This document shows, one piece after another, positions 42,676 to 48,766 of a stretch of 48,766 bases of DNA. How positions within the stretch are numbered: the stretch's first letter is position 1; the number at the start of each line of letters is the position of its first letter. The DNA comes from Myxococcota bacterium (GTDB lineage Bacteria > Myxococcota_A > Polyangia > Polyangiales > Sandaracinaceae): positions 1 to 48,766 of the forward strand of contig JAYZQJ010000077.1 in assembly GCA_036149055.1 (NCBI GenBank), in the 5' to 3' direction. Made by a program: the position numbers and the translations under genes. Below the pieces are notes generated by a model. That model saw nothing but the letters and a program-made list of their open reading frames with translations. It was not told the DNA's origin and did no database searches.

Positions 42676-43653
42676 ATGATCGTCGTCGACCGCGTCTCCA
42701 AGTACTACGGCAGGAACGCCGCCGTGCGCGACCTCGATTTCCGGATCGAGGAGGGCGAGTGCGTCGGGTTCCTCGGGCTCAACGGCGCCGGCAAGAGCAC
42801 CACGCTGCGGCTCCTGAGCTGTCTCCTCCTGCCCACCTCGGGCCGCGTGACCATTCGCGGCTTCGACGTCGAGGAGCAGCCGCACGAGATCCGCAAGCTG
42901 ATCGGCTACCTGCCGGACGAGCCGCCCCTCTACCCGGAGATGCGGGTCGAGGAGTTCCTCCGCTTCGCCGGCAAGCTCCGGCGCATGGACGCGGAGAAGC
43001 TGGCGACGCGGCTGCCGAAGGTGATGGCCCAGACCGGGCTCGAGCAGGTGCGCGATCAGACGATCGGCACGCTCAGTCACGGCTACCAGCAGCGGGTCGG
43101 GATCGCGCAGGCCATCGTGCACGAGCCGGCGCTGCTAATCCTCGACGAGCCGATCCAGGGGCTCGACCCGGTGCAGATCGTCGAGATGCGGGCGCTCATC
43201 CGCTCGCTGCGCGGAGAGCACACGATCCTGCTCTCCAGCCACATCCTCTCGGAGATCGAGCAGACCTGTGACCGGATCCTGATGCTGCACGACGGCCGCA
43301 TCGTCGCGCAGGGGACCGAGGACGAGCTCATCCACGGCGCGGCCGAGGGGCCGGCCGGCTACCGGGAGGCGCTGAGCGCGCACTGGGTGGAGCTCGAGGT
43401 GCGCGGCGACGAGCCGGACGTGCGGGCGGCGCTCGCGCTGGAGGGCGTCGAGATCGTCGAGCTCACCCGCGGCTCCGGCGACGTGCTGCGGGTCAAGGTC
43501 AAGAGCGTGACCGAGGCGCGCGAGCTGATCGCCAGCCGGGTCGTGCAGGCCGGGCTCGGCCTCCGCGGGCTCAAGCGCACCACGAGCGCGCTCGAGGACG
43601 TCTTCGTTCGGCTCAGCCAGGGCGAGAGCGAGGAGGAGGAGGTGCGCGCGTGA
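42676..43653 (+). CDS. ABC transporter ATP-binding protein (GldA-like)
   Basis: GLNGAGKST, LSHGYQQR, LILDEP, SSHIL. Confidence 0.92.
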   Translation: MIVVDRVSKYYGRNAAVRDLDFRIEEGECVGFLGLNGAGKSTTLRLLSCLLLPTSGRVTIRGFDVEEQPHEIRKLIGYLPDEPPLYPEMRVEEFLRFAGKLRRMDAEKLATRLPKVMAQTGLEQVRDQTIGTLSHGYQQRVGIAQAIVHEPALLILDEPIQGLDPVQIVEMRALIRSLRGEHTILLSSHILSEIEQTCDRILMLHDGRIVAQGTEDELIHGAAEGPAGYREALSAHWVELEVRGDEPDVRAALALEGVEIVELTRGSGDVLRVKVKSVTEARELIASRVVQAGLGLRGLKRTTSALEDVFVRLSQGESEEEEVRA

Positions 43654-44375
43654 GCAACGTCGGCCTCATCATCAAGCGCGAGCTCGGGAGCTACCTGCGG
43701 ACCCCGAGCGGGTACTTCATCGCGGCGGGCGTGCTCCTGCTCGACGGCCTGCTCTTCAACGCCTTCGCCCTCGGCGAGGAGCCGCAGCTCTCGAGCGACG
43801 TGCTCCGGATCTTCTTCTACTGGGCGGGCATCGTCACGATGCTGGGCGGCGTCGTCTTCTCGATGCGCCTGCTCGCCGAGGAGCGCTGGACGGGGACCGA
43901 CGTCCTCCTCTTCACCTCGCCGATCCGCGAGGGCGAGGTGGTGCTCGGCAAGTACCTCTCGGCGCTGATCTTCCTGACCGCGCTGACCCTGCTGTCGCTC
44001 TACCTGCCCGCCCTGATCTTCGTGAACGGGAAGGTCAGCTGGGGGCACATCGGCGCCGGCTACCTCGGCATGATCCTGCTCGGCGCGACCACGCTCGCGG
44101 TCGGCACCTTCGCGTCGGCGCTGACGAAGAACCCGTTCCTGGCCGTGCTGCTGAGCGGGCTCTTCGTGGGGCTCCTCGAGCTGTGCTGGCCGCTGGGTCA
44201 GATCGCCGAGCCGCCGCTGACCGAGGTGCTGTCCTACGTCGCGCTGCACACCAAGCACTTCTCGCCGTTCCAGCGCGGCCTGCTGCAGCTGAGCGACGTC
44301 GTCTTCTACCTGGGCATGATCTACCTCTCGCTCCTCGCCGCGACGAAGGTGCTCGCCAGCCAGAGGTGGCGCTGA
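43650..44375 (+). CDS. ABC-2 permease (GldF-like)
   Basis: KRELGSY, SMRLLAEE, T.P...EVVLGKY; six TM segments. Confidence 0.9.
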   Translation: MSNVGLIIKRELGSYLRTPSGYFIAAGVLLLDGLLFNAFALGEEPQLSSDVLRIFFYWAGIVTMLGGVVFSMRLLAEERWTGTDVLLFTSPIREGEVVLGKYLSALIFLTALTLLSLYLPALIFVNGKVSWGHIGAGYLGMILLGATTLAVGTFASALTKNPFLAVLLSGLFVGLLELCWPLGQIAEPPLTEVLSYVALHTKHFSPFQRGLLQLSDVVFYLGMIYLSLLAATKVLASQRWR

Positions 44376-46459
44376 TGGACCGTCGACGGAAGCAACAGAT
44401 GATCGCGGGCGCGCCCGCGCTGATCGGGCTGGCGGTGGTCTCGCGGCTCTTCGGCGTGCTCGGCGCGGCGGCCTTCCTGCTCCTGCTCCTCGTGGTCTAC
44501 GGCGCCTGGGAGGTGCTCGGGCCGGGCGAGCCGGACCAGCCCAAGATCGAGGTGCGGCGGAGCTTCTGGGTCGGGCTGCTGCTCCCCTTCGGCCTCGCGC
44601 TGCTCTTCGTCGCCGAGCGCGTGGTGAGCGACGTCGACGCCCAGCTCGGGTGGTGGCGTGGCCTGGCGCTGACGTGCCTCGCGGCGGCGGCGGGATGGCG
44701 CGCCTGGCAGGTCAGCCGCTCGCGCGGGCAGCGGCGCAAGGTCGAGATCTGGCTCTCGGTCGCGACCGGCGGGGTGCTCCTCGCGCTCGGGCTCTACGCG
44801 CTGAGCACCGACGCCGGGCTCGCGTGGATGGGCCTCGAGGGAGAGGCCGCCGAGCGCGCGGGCGGCGCCCTCGGCGCGCTGTGGGTCGCGCTCCTGATCG
44901 TCAGCGGCGCCGCGCTCTTCGCGATGGAGAGCGCCTATCGGTTGATGCCGATCGAGGAGGCGATCGAGCTGCGGCGGATCGGCGCCGCGGCCGGGACCGG
45001 GCTGAGCCTCGCGCTCTCCCTCGTGTTCGTGGCCAGCCTGGCGTTCGTCAGCAGCGAGCGAGAGAAGCGCTGGGATCTGTCGTACTTCAAGACCACGCGG
45101 CCGAGCGAGACGACGATCCGGCTGGTGCAGCGCCTGGACGAGCCGGTCCGGGTGGTGCTCCTCTACCCCGAGGTCAGCGAGGTGCTCGAGCAGCTCCGGC
45201 CGTACTTCACCGAGCTCGACGCGGCGTCGGAGTCGCTGACCCTCGAGGTGAAGGATCACGCCCTCGCGCCCGAGCTGGTCCGCGAGCACCGCGTGCGGGG
45301 CAACGGCTTCGTGCTGCTGGTGCGCGGGGAGGGCGACGGGCAGCAGGCGGAGAGCTTCGAGATCGGCGAGGACCTCGAGGCCGCGCGCAGCCGGCTGCGC
45401 ACCCTCGACGGGCGCTTCCAGGAGCACTTCGCCCAGCTCACGACGCGGCCGCGCGACCTGCACGTGACCACCGGGCACCGGGAGCGCAGCGCGAGCGCGA
45501 CCGACGGAGACCCGGCGCCGACGCGGGTGACCGAGCTGGTGGCGGCGCTCCAGCGGAGCAACATCCAGCGGCGCGAGCTCGGCATCGCGCAGGGCCTCGC
45601 CAGCGGGGTCCCGGAGGACGCGCGCGCGGTGGCGGTGATCGGGCCGCGCGAGCCGTTCCTGGCCGAGGAGTCCCGGAGCCTGCTCGACTACGTCGAAGGC
45701 GGCGGGCGGCTCCTGGTCTTCGTCGACCCGGACGCGGACCATGCGCTCGGGCCGCTCCTCGCCGGGCTCGGGCTCGAGCTCCGCGAGGGCGTGCTCCACA
45801 GCGACGGCAGCTACGTGCGGCGCACCCGCACCGAGGCCGACCGCCAGGTCGTCTACTCCAACCACTACACGGCGCACCCGACGGTGACCCTCGCGAACCG
45901 CTACCGGGCGCGCGTGGCCAGCATCTTCGACGGCGCCGGCGCGCTCCAGCGCCTCGAGGGCGCGGCGCAGCTCGACGGGGTCGAGGTCACCTTCCCGATC
46001 CGGACCGAGGGCGGCTTCTGGCTCGACCGCGACGGGGACCACGCCCGGGGCGACGGCGAGCCCACCGAGCCTCGCTTCCACCTCATGGCGGCGGTGACCG
46101 TGCCCGGGGAAGACGGTCAGGAGGGCCGCGCGGTGGTGGTGGCGGACGGCGACTTCATCACCGACGCGTGGATCGGCAACCAGGGCAACGCCTTCGTGCT
46201 GATGGACGCGCTCAACTGGCTGGTCGGCGAGGACGAGGTCTTCGGGCCCACCCAGACCGAGGAGGACGTGCCGATCCAGCACACGCGCGACGAGGACGAG
46301 GCCTGGTTCTACGCGACCAGCTTCGGCGCGCCGCTGCCGCTCCTGCTCGCGGGCATCTGGCTCGCGCGTCGCCAGCGCCGCGGCGGTCGGGAGCCGGCGC
46401 CGAAGCGCGCGCCCGAGCCCCCGCCGCCCGCGCCGAAGAAGAGCGAGGAGGAGGAGTAG
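44375..46459 (+). CDS. GldG-like ABC auxiliary component with extra N-terminal TM helices
   Basis: WDLS...S..T, TTGHRE, GP..PF, GGRLLVFVDP, DGDF, N..F...LNWL; C-terminal TM. Confidence 0.82.
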   Translation: MDRRRKQQMIAGAPALIGLAVVSRLFGVLGAAAFLLLLLVVYGAWEVLGPGEPDQPKIEVRRSFWVGLLLPFGLALLFVAERVVSDVDAQLGWWRGLALTCLAAAAGWRAWQVSRSRGQRRKVEIWLSVATGGVLLALGLYALSTDAGLAWMGLEGEAAERAGGALGALWVALLIVSGAALFAMESAYRLMPIEEAIELRRIGAAAGTGLSLALSLVFVASLAFVSSEREKRWDLSYFKTTRPSETTIRLVQRLDEPVRVVLLYPEVSEVLEQLRPYFTELDAASESLTLEVKDHALAPELVREHRVRGNGFVLLVRGEGDGQQAESFEIGEDLEAARSRLRTLDGRFQEHFAQLTTRPRDLHVTTGHRERSASATDGDPAPTRVTELVAALQRSNIQRRELGIAQGLASGVPEDARAVAVIGPREPFLAEESRSLLDYVEGGGRLLVFVDPDADHALGPLLAGLGLELREGVLHSDGSYVRRTRTEADRQVVYSNHYTAHPTVTLANRYRARVASIFDGAGALQRLEGAAQLDGVEVTFPIRTEGGFWLDRDGDHARGDGEPTEPRFHLMAAVTVPGEDGQEGRAVVVADGDFITDAWIGNQGNAFVLMDALNWLVGEDEVFGPTQTEEDVPIQHTRDEDEAWFYATSFGAPLPLLLAGIWLARRQRRGGREPAPKRAPEPPPPAPKKSEEEE

Positions 46460-46461
46460 TC

Positions 46462-47523
46462 ATGAACATGAAGAGCGTTCTGGCGCACCTGGTCCTCGCC
46501 CTCGGCGGCCTCACCCTCGCGTACCTCGTGTGGACCGGCGAGGAGTCGGCGGCGGCGCCCGGCGAGGTCACGATCTTCGAGTGTGATGCCGACGCGCTCG
46601 ACCGGGTGGCGCTGACCCTCGGCGAGCGCGAGGTGACGATGGAGCTGAGCCGCGAAGACGGCGAGCGCCTCACCTGGCTCACCGTCACGCGCACGCCCGA
46701 GGAGGGGGAGCCGAGCACGACGCGCTTCGTCGGCTCCGACGACGTGGCGGAGTTCCTCGAGCAGCTCGCGCCGCTGCGCGCGACCCGCGCGCTCGGGACC
46801 CTCGACGAGCAGCAGCGCGAGGACGTCGGCCTGGCCGAGCCCGAGGGGGAGCTGTCGCTGCGCTGCGGAGACCGGAGCGCCACCTTCCAGATCGGCGCGC
46901 GCGCCTACGGCAACGGCGACCGCTACGTGCAGTCCGAGAGCGGCGCGGCCTACCTGGTCGGCCGCGACCGCCTCCAGCCGCTCGAGTCGGCGGAGCACCA
47001 GCTGATGCAGCGCGCCTTGCACACGTTCGAGTGGAGCGAGGTGGAGCGGCTCACGGTGAGCGGCTGGGGCGCCGAGCGGACCCTCCTCCAGCGCAACCGC
47101 CTGGACCCGCAGCGCGCCGAGTGGGTCGACGCGGGCGCGCCGGATCGCCGGAACGAGCTGTTCGGCAACTGGCTGCAGCGCTACCCGCGCATGCGCGTCC
47201 AGAAGTACCTCGGCCCCGAGGAGACGCCCGGCGCCGACCTGGAGTCGTCGAGCGAGCGGCCGGAGCCGCTGATCCGCATGGAGATGCGCGGCGAGGACGG
47301 CGCCCTCGGCCAGCTCGAGATGCAGCGCGTGGGGCGCGCCGCGTACTACGCGCGCACCGGCACCACCCGGAGCTGGGTCCGGGTCCCGGCGAGCGTGGCG
47401 GCGGGGTTCATCGAAGACGCGAGGGCGGTCCTCGGACAGGAGCCCGAGCCCGAGCCGGTTCCGGCCGAGACGGAGTCCGAGACCGCGACCGAGCCCGCTA
47501 CCGACGCTCCGGCGGGGGAGTGA
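46462..47523 (+). CDS. DUF4340-like exported protein
   Basis: Follows the GldG-like gene; N-terminal TM; two similar halves; position typical of DUF4340 genes. Confidence 0.65.
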   Translation: MNMKSVLAHLVLALGGLTLAYLVWTGEESAAAPGEVTIFECDADALDRVALTLGEREVTMELSREDGERLTWLTVTRTPEEGEPSTTRFVGSDDVAEFLEQLAPLRATRALGTLDEQQREDVGLAEPEGELSLRCGDRSATFQIGARAYGNGDRYVQSESGAAYLVGRDRLQPLESAEHQLMQRALHTFEWSEVERLTVSGWGAERTLLQRNRLDPQRAEWVDAGAPDRRNELFGNWLQRYPRMRVQKYLGPEETPGADLESSSERPEPLIRMEMRGEDGALGQLEMQRVGRAAYYARTGTTRSWVRVPASVAAGFIEDARAVLGQEPEPEPVPAETESETATEPATDAPAGE

Positions 47524-47537
47524 AGGTCGGCAAATTA

Positions 47538-47683
47538 CTCTCGCAAAGACGCAAAGACGCAAAGAGGTTGGGGGCGACGGGGTGGAAGGCTCGCCGGCTT
47601 CGTGGCGACCGCGTGGCGGTGATGACGGGGTGGCGCGAGTCGCCGACCGGTTGCCGGCTCGTCCCTTTGCGGCTTGGCGAGAG
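47538..47683. repeat. REP/MITE-like element with imperfect 19-bp terminal inverted repeats and CGCAAAGA x3
   Basis: CTCTCGCAAAGACGCAAAG (47538-47556) versus CTTTGCGGCTTGGCGAGAG (47665-47683), 2 mismatches. Confidence 0.55.
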
Positions 47684-47798
47684 CCATTCGTTCCCGGGGC
47701 GTCCGGAGGGGGATCCAACCTGGCGGGTGTGATTCGGAGGACTCGCGCGGCGGAGTGAGATCGTCGGAACTCTGTCGGCTCGGTGGCCTCCGAGGGTC

Positions 47799-48419
47799 AT
47801 GGAAGCCGACGCGTTGGAGCGTGAGATCCTGCGACCGGAGGCGCCCGTGCGCTTTCGGGATCGACAGCGGAGCCGTGGCACCCTGCTGCGGGTGAGCGTG
47901 GTACCCGCGCTCTGCGTTGCCATGGCGGTGCTCGGCGTCGACACCTCGACCGTGGTCGTGATGGCGGCCGCGGCGGTGGTCGCGGCCGCGCTCGAGATCG
48001 CGAACGGCAGCTACCGCACGGTGGTCACCGACCGCGCCGTGCACGTGCAATGCGGCCTTCGGGTCGACCGCATCCTCCGCCACCAGATCACCGAGGTGCG
48101 CGTCGCCCCCTACCGCGCCACCGAGGCCCTCGTCGGCCGCGGCGTCTTCCGCCAATCGCGAGACGGCCGCGTGCGCACCTTCCGCGCCGGCGGGATCCGC
48201 GAGACCGTCCGCATCACCTGGGACCGAGGCGACGGCCCACGCACCACCATCATCGCCACCGATCAGCCCGACGCCCTCAGGGGCGCCCTGAGCCCCCCGC
48301 CCCGCGTCCGCCTCGACCCCGAAGCCCTCGCCGAAGCCGATGGCCTCCTGCTCCCCCAGCCCCGAGAGCCGAGAGCCTCACCCCAGCCCCGAACCCGCCG
48401 CATCCTCGAGTCGTCCTGA
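47799..48419 (+). CDS. Hypothetical membrane protein, possible PH-like domain
   Basis: RBS GAGGG; two TM helices followed by a beta-rich domain ending ATDQPDAL. Confidence 0.6.
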   Translation: MEADALEREILRPEAPVRFRDRQRSRGTLLRVSVVPALCVAMAVLGVDTSTVVVMAAAAVVAAALEIANGSYRTVVTDRAVHVQCGLRVDRILRHQITEVRVAPYRATEALVGRGVFRQSRDGRVRTFRAGGIRETVRITWDRGDGPRTTIIATDQPDALRGALSPPPRVRLDPEALAEADGLLLPQPREPRASPQPRTRRILESS

Positions 48420-48506
48420 GTCAGCGCGAGCCGTGCCACGGAGAGGGCCAGCGAGCACGAGCGCGAGCGCGAGCCGAGCCGAGCCGCGAAACGAAGCGGA
48501 CCGGCG

Positions 48507-48659
48507 AAGGCGGCCAGCGAGCGCGAAGCGCGAGCCGCTGACCGAACGGAAGGCGGAGCGGGTTGCGGAAGGGAGAAAGGCGGCCAGCGAGCGCAAGCGC
48601 GAGCTGCTGACCGAACGGAAGGCAGGGAGAAAGGCGGCCAGCGAGCGCGAAGCGCGAGC
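48507..48659. repeat. Three copies of a ~48-bp REP-like unit
   Basis: AAGGCGGCCAGCGAGCGCGAAGCGCGAGCCGCTGACCGAACGGAAGGC at 48507-48554, 48577-48623 and (partial) 48631-48659. Confidence 0.75.
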
Positions 48660-48766
48660 GCGTGCCGCAGGGCCCCCAGCGCCCCGCGCTGGGGTCGCGG
48701 GGCGCCCGCGCGCACCCCCCGCGGCGCCCCCCGGGGGGGGGGGGGGGGCCCCCGGGGGCGGCGCCC

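Noticed and set aside
48507..48659. Possible CRISPR array
   Set aside because: Only three units; spacers are 22 and 7 bp and similar to each other; no cas genes
48700..48766. Terminal poly-C/poly-G, possible G-quadruplex
   Set aside because: At the sequence end and similar to the noisy start; cannot be trusted without reads

Overview
Very GC-rich window whose gene content (eukaryotic-like Ser/Thr kinase, GAFTDA-type sigma54 activator, DUF2378-like protein, PPC-caspase lipoprotein) suggests a myxobacterium (Myxococcota, probably Polyangiales/Sandaracinaceae-like; inference). I support about 39 CDSs and found no rRNA, tRNA, CRISPR array or transposase. Both ends carry G/C homopolymer runs that look like assembly noise. 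Left to right: an XRE/response regulator/Ser-Thr kinase operon; csoR-copA with a CsoR operator; a Tat amine oxidase plus an esterase; an ~11 kb same-strand cluster (8579-19595); a carotenoid oxygenase with two thiolases; a BoxD/PaaZ-like ALDH; a membrane CheA-like kinase divergent from SCO and a Cys-motif protein; a POT transporter; a secreted PPC-caspase; a hydrolase; a tetraheme cytochrome; pruA; an M23 peptidase; a GldAFG-like ABC system; and REP-like repeats. The best candidate for an undescribed system is the 8579-19595 cluster: sigma54 activator, sigma54 promoter, pentaheme lipoprotein, FIST sensor, triple-receiver kinase, response regulator, a Trp prenyltransferase fused to a heme-oxygenase-like diiron oxidase, a kynureninase-like PLP enzyme and a methyltransferase. 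It may be a pathway that both makes and senses a prenylated tryptophan-derived molecule. All family calls come from motif recognition by eye; no database searches were run.
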